From an uncultured Nitrospiraceae bacterium (GTDB taxonomy: Bacteria > Nitrospirota > Nitrospiria > Nitrospirales > Nitrospiraceae): DNA of 64,000 bases. Under the pieces are notes generated by a model that did not search any database, was not told where the DNA came from, and saw nothing but the letters and a program-made list of their open reading frames with translations. Position 1 is the stretch's first letter; each line of letters begins with the position of its first letter. The DNA lies in NCBI GenBank assembly GCA_963846575.1, contig CAWJWJ010000002.1, forward strand, positions 704,001 through 768,000. Reading direction: 5' to 3'. Positions 27,567-36,044 of the stretch are shown here, piece after piece. The translations under genes and the position numbers were made by a program.

Positions 27567-28682
27567 GTGTCTAACGGAGCTGAGTGTTTGCCAGGGCCTG
27601 AACTGTCGATCATCGTTCCTACGTTCAACGAACGGGACAATGTTGTTCGGCTTGCCGAACTTCTCGAAGCCTGTCTGGCTGATCTGGAGTGGGAGCTCAT
27701 CGTCGTCGATGACGATTCTCCGGACCGGACGGCGGATCAGGTTCGACGATTGGCCCGCTCCAACCCTCGCGTGCGCTGTCTTCAGCGGATCGGGCGTCGA
27801 GGGTTATCGTCTGCCTGTATCGAGGGCATGTTGTCCAGTTCGGCCCCATTTCTCGCGGTCATGGATGGTGATCTCCAGCATGACGAGCGACTGCTCGCGA
27901 ACATGCTCAGCCACTTGAAGCAGAAGGGATACGACATCGTCATCGGGAGCCGGTATATCCAGGGCGGGAGCATTGGCGAATGGCAGGGCCTTCGCGCTGC
28001 GACCAGCCGATGGGCCACGTGGCTCAGCCGCCCACTGGTCCCTGCCGGTCTGACGGATCCGATGAGCGGATTTTTTGCCATACGTCGCGAGGTATTCGAA
28101 GAGCTTGTGCGACGGACGTCCGGCCTTGGCTTTAAATTGCTGCTGGATTTCTTCGCCTCCTCACCCCGTCCTTTGACGTTCAAAGAATTGCCCTATGAAT
28201 TCAGGACACGGCAGGCTGGGGAGAGCAAAGTCGACAGCCAGGTGGCCTGGGATTATTTCATGTTGTTGCTCGACAAATCGCTCGGCCGCTTCGTGCCGGT
28301 GCGTCTGGTTACCTTCGCGTTGGTCGGCGGTTCCGGTGTCCTGATCCACTTCTCGGCGCTATTCCTGCTGTACGAGGGCTTCGCATGGTCTTTTGCCTGG
28401 GCACAAGGAACGGCGACGCTCATTGCGATGAGCAGCAATTTCCTCCTGAACAACGTGATTACCTACCGGGATCAACGACTACGCGGCTGGCGGTGGCTCC
28501 GGGGGTGGTTCTCCTTCGTGCTTGTCTGCAGTCTAGGAGCCGTGGGGAATGTTGGAGTCGCTTCATATCTGTTCAATCAGGAATTCAACTGGGGTCTGTC
28601 CGCACTAGCGGGAATTGCTGTGGGGACGGTGTGGAATTACGCCGTGACCTCGTCTTATACCTGGAATACGAAGGCCCGGTAA
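27567..28682 (+). CDS. polyprenol-phosphate glycosyltransferase (DPM1-like GT2) fused to a GtrA-like flippase domain
   Basis: IIVPTFNE, VDDDSPD, MDGDLQH, GSRY, DPMSGFF, GESK; four C-terminal TM segments of GtrA type. Confidence 0.88.
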   Translation: MSNGAECLPGPELSIIVPTFNERDNVVRLAELLEACLADLEWELIVVDDDSPDRTADQVRRLARSNPRVRCLQRIGRRGLSSACIEGMLSSSAPFLAVMDGDLQHDERLLANMLSHLKQKGYDIVIGSRYIQGGSIGEWQGLRAATSRWATWLSRPLVPAGLTDPMSGFFAIRREVFEELVRRTSGLGFKLLLDFFASSPRPLTFKELPYEFRTRQAGESKVDSQVAWDYFMLLLDKSLGRFVPVRLVTFALVGGSGVLIHFSALFLLYEGFAWSFAWAQGTATLIAMSSNFLLNNVITYRDQRLRGWRWLRGWFSFVLVCSLGAVGNVGVASYLFNQEFNWGLSALAGIAVGTVWNYAVTSSYTWNTKAR

Positions 28683-28713
28683 TTCCTCCGCCGGTGTGCT
28701 CCTAGGCAGTTCC

Positions 28714-30330
28714 TTACGATCCTTCCTTATCGATTCGATAGAATTGAAACTCTTCCCCACCGGAGCCAAACAGCCGGAACTGCTCAGGCAGCGGCGGGCG
28801 GAGGCGCTGACTACGCCGAATCACCACGTAGTCGTATTGGGTGCGAATCTGGTCCCATGGAATCGGCACCCCTTGGACAAGGAATTCTTCTATCGTCAGC
28901 ATGTGCCGAACCTCCGGAGTGAGTTGAACCGGTTGTTGGCCCGGTGCGCTAAATATATTCGACACGAAGAGTGATCGACGGATAATGCCCCAGCAAGACA
29001 AATTCGCCATCGGCATACGCTCAGGAACCCGACTGTCGACGGGAGACGACGCATCGAATGAAGCAAGCTTAATGGCCGACAGAAGGCGGGCTCCTTCCGG
29101 AAGTTGGTCGAGCTGTTGTATGAACTGACGATAATGACGATCGGTTTCCTTCCAATGGTCGGTGACATAGGCCACCCGCACTACAAATAATGTGATCAGG
29201 ATCAGTGCCAATGGAACGCTCCACCGCCGGTGCACATTCGGCCAGTCTGTGCTTGCAATAGCGAGCAGGACGAAGGCTATCGGCATGCGAATGTCAACGA
29301 GCGCGGTCGTACCGATCCCGCCGGGCATCGCCAGGGCCGTCAGTACCACCACGCTGAGCGGAAAGTACATCGAGGGAAGTATGGAGCAACGGCGCAGGAG
29401 CAGCCCGGTCCCGATGAGGCCGACCAGCAGGAGTCCGGTCATCCGATCAAGAAGTTGATGCTCCGTTCGAATCGTGGCCTTCAGGGCCTCGAACTTGCCG
29501 CTGAGGGGCGCATAGGTCATTGCTGGCGGGGGCTGCGATCCTCTCAGCCAGAATGGATACTGGTCCGGGCGGTTTTGAAAAGTGGGGGCCAGTACCAGGA
29601 GGAGAAGCGGCACCAGAAGGGCCGGTAGTGGTTTCCACCAGGAGACCGGGGGCCGAACAGGCTCGCGACGATGCATCACCCATTGCGAGGCTTCATAGGC
29701 CAACACGATCATGGCGAAAATGCCGAAGGCGAAGAGATGCGCGAAAAATAACACGGTTGCGAAGAGCGAACACAAAGGGATTAGCAGAATGGCCGGGCGA
29801 TCACGTAACGTCACCCATAGCGCGCAGGCGAACAGGGCCAGTCCGAGCCCGAAGAGGTAATTGAGAAAGCCCCATAGGAAGACACTGTTATAAAGGAAGA
29901 AAAACGTCAGGAGCGGCCAGGGTGAGCAGCGCCGGTGCAAGGCGGCATGTAAAGCCATGACACCGCCTGCCAGTAAGGCAAATGTGAGGCCGATGAAGAC
30001 TTTGCCGGCTGTTTCGACCGGCATGAAGCGAGTCAGTACAGGCACCACGAGATCAATGGAAAGGTTCGGCAGGATATCCCAATGAATTTCGTAGTATCGG
30101 CTGAGCCATGACGACCGTCCGGCATCGGCCAGAATATGCACGCGGGCCATGTGATTCGGGTAGTCCACGAGCGGAGGGATGTGCACCATCATCACGGGAA
30201 CCAACGCGATGCTGAGCAAGATGGCAGCTGCCGTGAGAGTTCGGAACAGCGGCCCTTTGTGGAAGGTGGAGATGGCAGTCCTGCTCCGGTGGCAAACCTG
30301 TATCGTTTGTAGTGAAGAAAGCGTGGTCAA
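28714..30330 (-). CDS. multi-pass membrane protein, probable GT-C-fold glycosyltransferase
   Basis: PPLVDYPNH.AR first loop, GFLNY, FFAHL, many TM segments, soluble C-terminal domain. Start uncertain. Confidence 0.7.
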   Translation of the reverse strand: MTTLSSLQTIQVCHRSRTAISTFHKGPLFRTLTAAAILLSIALVPVMMVHIPPLVDYPNHMARVHILADAGRSSWLSRYYEIHWDILPNLSIDLVVPVLTRFMPVETAGKVFIGLTFALLAGGVMALHAALHRRCSPWPLLTFFFLYNSVFLWGFLNYLFGLGLALFACALWVTLRDRPAILLIPLCSLFATVLFFAHLFAFGIFAMIVLAYEASQWVMHRREPVRPPVSWWKPLPALLVPLLLLVLAPTFQNRPDQYPFWLRGSQPPPAMTYAPLSGKFEALKATIRTEHQLLDRMTGLLLVGLIGTGLLLRRCSILPSMYFPLSVVVLTALAMPGGIGTTALVDIRMPIAFVLLAIASTDWPNVHRRWSVPLALILITLFVVRVAYVTDHWKETDRHYRQFIQQLDQLPEGARLLSAIKLASFDASSPVDSRVPERMPMANLSCWGIIRRSLFVSNIFSAPGQQPVQLTPEVRHMLTIEEFLVQGVPIPWDQIRTQYDYVVIRRSQRLRPPLPEQFRLFGSGGEEFQFYRIDKEGS

Positions 30331-30374
30331 AGCAAGAACAAGAAGCGGATCTTCGGCTGAAGGGCGGTCTCAGA

Positions 30375-31625
30375 CTATTTGGCGGTGGAATCGCTCAGGA
30401 TGACGAACTGCTTGCGGAATCCGACCACTCTGGCGAGGTAGTCGCGGGTTTCCTGATAGGGGAGCGCGGTGCGAAGGCGATCATAAAGCGCGGACGGCTG
30501 GAGGCCGTTGATTTGTTGCAGGGCCGTGCGTTGGTCCTTTGCAAACGTTTTGAAGACGTTACCGGCACCGGTGTTATAGGCGGAGATCACGCAATATTCC
30601 CGTGAAACGAGATCCGTGACACTGTCTAACTGAGAATAGGTTAAGACATTCAGGTAGGCCGCTCCCAGCTCAATATTGTTTTCCGGAACGAACAGAAAAT
30701 CGCGCGTGGGCGCCTTATCTTCGCCTTTGGCTTTGCGGTAGGCGTCCCGCCCCCCGCTGGTGGGAACCAATTGCATGAGCCCATAAGCGGGCGCTGAACT
30801 CACAGCGAATGGATTAAAATTGCTCTCCGTCCGAATGATGGCGAATACGAGGCTCGGACTGATCTGGTATCGCTCCGCGAACTGGCTCACCACCCCACGA
30901 TATTTCTCAGCCTGCTTGTGTGAAAAATTGGATACCATGGGGATGGTCACCAGGTGCGCAGTCTTTGACCCAGTATCCTGCTCAACCTCGCGCGTGGTCG
31001 CCATGTTCGAGACCAGGGTTTCGGCGAATTGTTCCGCCTCTGGGGGGGTTCGCACCGGTTTACCAGTCTTATCCAAGACAAGACCCAGGAGATAGGGCTC
31101 CTTGTCTCCGGTCAAACTGATTTCTTTATCCGTAAAGAGGTCGACACTGCGGGGATCGTCTGGCGTCAGAAGCGTCGTGATTACGGCGTTCTTCAGACTG
31201 GCTCGAGGATCCTTCTCGTCAAGTGTCTCAATCAGAATGCTCCCTGCGTCGAAATCGACGATGGCCCGGCTGCGATAGTTTTGAGTGTATTTGACATACT
31301 TCTTCTGCTCCGGAAGTTTAACTTCCTTGCTGCCCCACTTCTTTCCGACTTCCCCGGTCAGCGCGGCCATCAACGCTTGAAAGTCGCGTTGCATCGACCG
31401 AAGATCTCGGAGCAGAGCCTGGGGATCTCGCCCGTAATTCTCGATTCGTCGCCGGGCGATATCTGCCGGGTCCCTGCCGCTGACGATATCCCGGACGGCT
31501 CTCCCGCTGTTACTCCCGACGACGCGTTCAGCGGCGCCGAGCATTTTGTCGGTCGTTTCACAGCCGGATATGAGAGCAGGAATGGTGAGACTGAGCAACA
31601 GCCAAGAAAATTGTCGGTCACGCAT
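30375..31625 (-). CDS. mltC: membrane-bound lytic murein transglycosylase C (DUF3393 + SLT)
   Basis: Lipobox ISGC, YVKYT, IIRTESNFNP.AVS, GLMQL, AYNTG, ETRDY. Confidence 0.9.
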   Translation of the reverse strand: MRDRQFSWLLLSLTIPALISGCETTDKMLGAAERVVGSNSGRAVRDIVSGRDPADIARRRIENYGRDPQALLRDLRSMQRDFQALMAALTGEVGKKWGSKEVKLPEQKKYVKYTQNYRSRAIVDFDAGSILIETLDEKDPRASLKNAVITTLLTPDDPRSVDLFTDKEISLTGDKEPYLLGLVLDKTGKPVRTPPEAEQFAETLVSNMATTREVEQDTGSKTAHLVTIPMVSNFSHKQAEKYRGVVSQFAERYQISPSLVFAIIRTESNFNPFAVSSAPAYGLMQLVPTSGGRDAYRKAKGEDKAPTRDFLFVPENNIELGAAYLNVLTYSQLDSVTDLVSREYCVISAYNTGAGNVFKTFAKDQRTALQQINGLQPSALYDRLRTALPYQETRDYLARVVGFRKQFVILSDSTAK

Positions 31626-31826
31626 GGCGGGAGTATACCGAAGCTTTCAAAGAGAGGAAAAGAAAATTTCGTTAGGGGCTCAAAATCCGAAGGGAAATTT
31701 CACAAAAGGCCGATAATTGAGGCGATCTCCAGACGAGGAACCAGGTAGATCCACGTGCTTGACGGGCGGTTTTGGGGACCGGTACCATACTACCCTCAGG
31801 ACCAAGGTGATCGAAAGGCAGGGTGT

Positions 31827-32501
31827 ATGGAGCGCTTTCTCAGCAACGTGAGGGCTGAACTCGGTACAACCGGCCGTCGTTGGCCTCGACTGGCGGTCTT
31901 CTTAGTTTTGCTGGTGCTACTACCCGACCACGGCTCCTCAGTGATCCATGCTTCTGACCAGGGTCCCACCGCGGCTGTCCAGCGTACCTTGAAAGAAATT
32001 CTCTATATCCTGACCGAGTTGAAGGACGCTAGCCGGTCGACGCAACGGCAGTGGGAACTCGAACAAGTTATACGGCGCTCGTTTAATTACGAAGCGATGG
32101 CTGAGCGCTCCCTGGGAGAGGCTTGGGCCGGACTGACTGCCGCGGAGCGGCGACAGTATGTACGGCTCTTTGTGCAGCTCTTGCGCGATGAGGTCGCCGA
32201 CAAGCTGCATGAATACTCTTCAGCGCAGATCGCGTATCTCTCCGAGCAAGGCAATGAGGAATCGACTCAGGTTTTGACTGCGCCCGCCGGTTCGAATATC
32301 GATGCGAGAATGGAGTTTCAGGTGGTGCGACGATCCGGAGCGTGGATTATGAATGATTTGATCCATGACGGTGTGAGCATTGTGACAAACTACCGGACAC
32401 AGTTCTCGCGCATCTTGAGCGAGGGAACCTTTTCCGATTTGATGGAACATATGAAACAGAAGGCGATCATCGCAAGGGTCACCGAGAAAGTTAATTCCTA
32501 A
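31827..32501 (+). CDS. mlaC: MlaC/Ttg2D-family periplasmic phospholipid-binding protein
   Basis: FNYEAMAERSLG..W, F..LL, W...D....GVSIVTNYRTQF. Confidence 0.8.
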   Translation: MERFLSNVRAELGTTGRRWPRLAVFLVLLVLLPDHGSSVIHASDQGPTAAVQRTLKEILYILTELKDASRSTQRQWELEQVIRRSFNYEAMAERSLGEAWAGLTAAERRQYVRLFVQLLRDEVADKLHEYSSAQIAYLSEQGNEESTQVLTAPAGSNIDARMEFQVVRRSGAWIMNDLIHDGVSIVTNYRTQFSRILSEGTFSDLMEHMKQKAIIARVTEKVNS

Positions 32502-32558
32502 CTGGCTCCTGGCGCTTAGTCCGTCCCTGGCAGCTCTCTCCTCCTGAATAGATCGGTA

Positions 32559-33254
32559 TCATGCAGACGTTTTGAACTCCATCAGGCCTTCCTGATGGGC
32601 TTTGATTAAAAGATTCTGCCGGTTGGTCACGCCAAATTTGCCGAAGATGGTCGTGAGATGATGTCGCACCGTCGTGTGGCTAATGCTGAGGCGGCCGGCG
32701 ATGTCTTTGTTAGACAGTCCTAACCCAATCAAGTGGGTGATCTCACGCTCTCGCTTGGTCAGGGTCTCAGCGGAACGTCTGAGCGAGGAGCCGACAGCGC
32801 AGATTCCGAGAGCGGTCCCCTCCCTCCGGTCTGACCCGTTCTGACGGGATCTTATCGTTTTGGCCAGGCTCTGACAGAGGTAATCGATAGTGGCAAGCAG
32901 GACCGTCCTCGGCTGATTACTCAACACGATGGCGTCTATTCCTTTTGACAACGCCTCCCACGTGCACGGCGCGTCTTTCATGGCAGTCAGTAAAATTATC
33001 TTCGTTCTGGAAATGGACACATCCAGCTCGGTCGCCCATTTTAGTATATGTCCGTCATTTTCCATATCGAGCATCAGCAGGTGAGGTGCTCGGCGCGCAA
33101 CCAGTTCCTCAGCCTCATCGATGCTTGACGCCTGGCCAATCAGTTCAATCTGCGGGCGATCCTTGATAACGGTCTGTAAGCCGAGCCGTACCAACTGATT
33201 CGCGCTAACGATGGCGGCGGTGATAGAGGCATCTGCACCTCCCGGTCCGATCAT
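32559..33254 (-). CDS. LuxR/NarL-type regulator with an atypical receiver domain
   Basis: LTKREREI..LIGLGLSNKDIA..L.IS..TV..H HTH; the receiver lacks the acidic pair and the conserved Lys. Confidence 0.82.
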   Translation of the reverse strand: MIGPGGADASITAAIVSANQLVRLGLQTVIKDRPQIELIGQASSIDEAEELVARRAPHLLMLDMENDGHILKWATELDVSISRTKIILLTAMKDAPCTWEALSKGIDAIVLSNQPRTVLLATIDYLCQSLAKTIRSRQNGSDRREGTALGICAVGSSLRRSAETLTKREREITHLIGLGLSNKDIAGRLSISHTTVRHHLTTIFGKFGVTNRQNLLIKAHQEGLMEFKTSA

Positions 33255-33360
33255 GATTCAAGTTTCCTGATGAAGATGATCATCACAGGTGAGCAAGCTC
33301 GGGCGGATTACACCTAAAAGGAAGCGAGTGATTACCCGGCAATTCGTCAACCCTTCACAA

Positions 33361-33843
33361 TTAGAGCGAGGAGCCCTCCTCCGGGCCTCCCAATCCCTGC
33401 CTCCGGCAATAGTCGTAACAGCTGGAAAGCACCAGATCACCTGAGGGCCGAACTGTTCCACAGACCTGTCCCATAAGCAGGGCCCATTCGGCAACGTGAG
33501 CAGCCAGCATGGTGGGTGCGAGGCCGTGCACCTTAAAGAGGTTCAGCGTCACAGTCGACAGCACGACTTTGAGATAAGAAAGCGAAGGACCGTAACTAAA
33601 AGTATATTCTTGCGGTCCGGCGAAAAGGAGCTGGACTCCGTCTCGTGCCTTCATGCCTCGATGACCACACTGACCGCACTGTAAATACTCAAGACCGGTG
33701 CGTGGGTCATACTGGGCACGGACCTCAGGCGTCATCACGCTGCCGCAGTGAGCGGCGGGGCACAGGGTCCCGAGCTTTTCCATGACGGCTTTCTCCGGTA
33801 TCATCTCGGATGTCCTCCACTGCTGAGTCCATAGAGGGGACAT
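33361..33843 (-). CDS. hypothetical protein with an N-terminal zinc ribbon
   Basis: CPAAHC...CGQCGH; clean ORF in a co-oriented small-gene run. Confidence 0.65.
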   Translation of the reverse strand: MSPLWTQQWRTSEMIPEKAVMEKLGTLCPAAHCGSVMTPEVRAQYDPRTGLEYLQCGQCGHRGMKARDGVQLLFAGPQEYTFSYGPSLSYLKVVLSTVTLNLFKVHGLAPTMLAAHVAEWALLMGQVCGTVRPSGDLVLSSCYDYCRRQGLGGPEEGSSL

Positions 33844-33864
33844 GCCGGCAAGAGCCGGCTCAAG

Positions 33865-34131
33865 TTATCCGTTTGGTCGGCTTTCCAGGGTAAGACGTTC
33901 CGCCTCCAACCAGTCTTGTTCGTGGCAGCCTTCTTGTCCTCCGCGTCGTTGATAGAGTTCATAGGCTAATTTTTCGATGCGTGCCCGCACATCCTGAGTA
34001 CTCGCCCTTCCGTTGGCAGGGTGAGGTGTCAATTCGCTGCGGGATTCCTGTGATGCCGTCATTGGTGTCTTCATGACTGGCCGGCTTGGTGCGGGTTCAC
34101 TATTGCTGGTTTGTCTCCGTCGTTGTGCCAT
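33865..34131 (-). CDS. DUF2934 domain protein
   Basis: RIEKLAYELYQRRG..EG..EQDWLEAER; GAGGA RBS. Confidence 0.85.
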   Translation of the reverse strand: MAQRRRQTSNSEPAPSRPVMKTPMTASQESRSELTPHPANGRASTQDVRARIEKLAYELYQRRGGQEGCHEQDWLEAERLTLESRPNG

Positions 34132-34179
34132 TCCTCAGACCTTTCCTAAGTTGCGAACAATGCTGTGGGGTCGGCTATT

Positions 34180-34590
34180 TTACTGAACCCGTACGCAAGG
34201 CATGCCCAAACTTGCCCGTATCCACTCTTCCACGCGATGCCGCGGGGAGGGCAAGGGTTGCGTCTCGCGGGAGGCTGGCTGTGGCGTGGCTAATGCCGTG
34301 CCCTCTTTGCCCGCGTGAGACAGGCTGAGGACAGAAACCTTTGGGTAGAGGCAATGGAGGGCCCTGATCGCATTGTGTTGCTCGGCGCGCGAGGCGGAAC
34401 TGAGTAGAATGGCCTCGGGCTGAATTTGATTGAGTTCCGCAAGCATGGAATCCAAGTTCCGAACGAGGATTGCATGGTAGCCGCCCGTCGCTAGACAATC
34501 AGCGAGTTTCAGGCCGAGGTGCCACGTCGGGTCGACGATCATCACCCGCGTTCGCTCGGTTTGCTTAACGCTACTCGTACCGACATTCAT
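34180..34590 (-). CDS. degenerate receiver-like protein
   Basis: RVMIVD...LADCL...GY...QPEAILLS (the phospho-Asp position is not Asp); AAGGAGG upstream. Confidence 0.6.
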   Translation of the reverse strand: MNVGTSSVKQTERTRVMIVDPTWHLGLKLADCLATGGYHAILVRNLDSMLAELNQIQPEAILLSSASRAEQHNAIRALHCLYPKVSVLSLSHAGKEGTALATPQPASRETQPLPSPRHRVEEWIRASLGMPCVRVQ

Positions 34591-34663
34591 CTGGTCATGA
34601 CCTCCTTTGCTGTTATATGCGACGTGTTGTTACCTGTGACGCGTGCGCTAGGCGGGACGTTGT

Positions 34664-34906
34664 CTAGGTCGCTGCCGTTCCACGCTGCAGGGGGCGATGC
34701 TGAGGGGCAGAAGCCAGCGATATCAGATACTGGAAACGAGCATAGGGTTGCAGTCTGATGGCGCCGTTTCTCGACAGGCCGTCGACCGCGGTAAATACCT
34801 GATTCCAGCTATAAGCAGAGAATTTGCGGGCCAATGTTTCCAAGGTGCAGGGCCCCTGTTTTTCCAATTCCTGAGTGATAAGCGAGCGAATGTTGTGCCC
34901 GGTCAT
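34664..34906 (-). CDS. small winged-helix-like hypothetical protein
   Basis: GPCTLETL......SWNQVF.AVD.LSR.G.I.L; GGAGGA RBS before ATG 34906. Confidence 0.65.
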   Translation of the reverse strand: MTGHNIRSLITQELEKQGPCTLETLARKFSAYSWNQVFTAVDGLSRNGAIRLQPYARFQYLISLASAPQHRPLQRGTAAT

Positions 34907-35063
34907 GTCATCCTCCAACGCACCACAAATGGTCTCGGCATCCACGTATGTGTTGTGCCGACTGGCCGCTTGATTTGAACCGAACAGGAGGCCGGATCAC
35001 GGCCGGTCATGCGTGGACTGCAGCGGCCCTGTTATCTGTAGCGAGAAAAGATGGCAAATAACA

Positions 35064-35176
35064 TCGCCTTTTCAGTCGTTTGTGCGTCGCCGTTTGGCCG
35101 GTTTTGTCTGTCGACGTTTATGCTACGAAGAGTGCTGTCCGCGAGGATGATGATGTGAGAATCGGGATGTGAGAAG
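35064..35176. promoter_or_regulatory. phased direct repeats upstream of the small-gene operon (candidate regulator sites)
   Basis: TTTGTGCGTCGCCGTTT (35079-35095) / TTTGTCTGTCGACGTTT (35103-35119), third core at 35064; GATGTGAGAA twice at about 35152 and 35167. Confidence 0.4.
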
Positions 35177-35187
35177 TGGGAACGACG

Positions 35188-35832
35188 TCACTTGACGAGG
35201 CGGTTTACAAGACGATGTTCGATCGCGTAGTGCGTTAATTCCGTATTATTCTTGAGCAGCATTTTTTCGAGGATACGGGCTCGATAGGTATTCACGGTAC
35301 TAATGCTGACACGCAAATCATCGGCAATCTCCTTCAGACTCTTGCCGACGGCAATCAAGCACATGACCTGATACTCGCGGTCTGATAGTTGTTCATGTAG
35401 GGGTTTCTCGGTGTCGTTCTCGAGGTTGAGGGCTAATAATTCAGCCACCGATGCACTCACGAACTTACCTCCGCTGAGAATTTTTCGGATGGCTTGCACC
35501 AGGACATTCGGCGCACTGTCTTTGGTGAGATAGCCGGAGGCGCCGGCTTTTAACATACGCAGCGCGAGCTGATCCTCGGGATAGGCGCTGAGCACAAGGA
35601 CGGGAAGTTTTGGGCAGAGTTGCTTGAGTTCCTTGAGCGCATCGAGGCCGCTTTTCCCCGGCATGCCGACATCGAGCACTACGATGTTCCAGCTGGTTTC
35701 TTGGACCAGCGCGAGCATCTCCTCGGCATGTTGAGCCTCGCCAACCAGGGCACCCGGAAATTGTTCGCTGAGAATCTGTTTGACGCCGTGCCGTACGACT
35801 GCGTGATCATCGACGACCAACATCCTCGTCAT
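35188..35832 (-). CDS. NarL/UvrY-family DNA-binding response regulator
   Basis: VVDDH, VLDVGMPG, LS, GYLTK; LSDREYQV LuxR HTH. Confidence 0.93.
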   Translation of the reverse strand: MTRMLVVDDHAVVRHGVKQILSEQFPGALVGEAQHAEEMLALVQETSWNIVVLDVGMPGKSGLDALKELKQLCPKLPVLVLSAYPEDQLALRMLKAGASGYLTKDSAPNVLVQAIRKILSGGKFVSASVAELLALNLENDTEKPLHEQLSDREYQVMCLIAVGKSLKEIADDLRVSISTVNTYRARILEKMLLKNNTELTHYAIEHRLVNRLVK

Positions 35833-36044
35833 GATCGGCTCCTATCGCATGGCTTCTGCCTGAAATAAATGGGGTTCTGCGAGGGACGGTCTGCCTCCTC
35901 CCCGATGTGTTGCACTCGTCGCATCGAGTCAGGGCGTAACAGAAGTAGCAAGGTGGTACAGGTAGGGAGCTCGGGCATATCGGCGGCCCACCGGTGCAAG
36001 GGCCTCTCAATTCATTGGATGCTCTGAGATACTCTAAGCGATAT

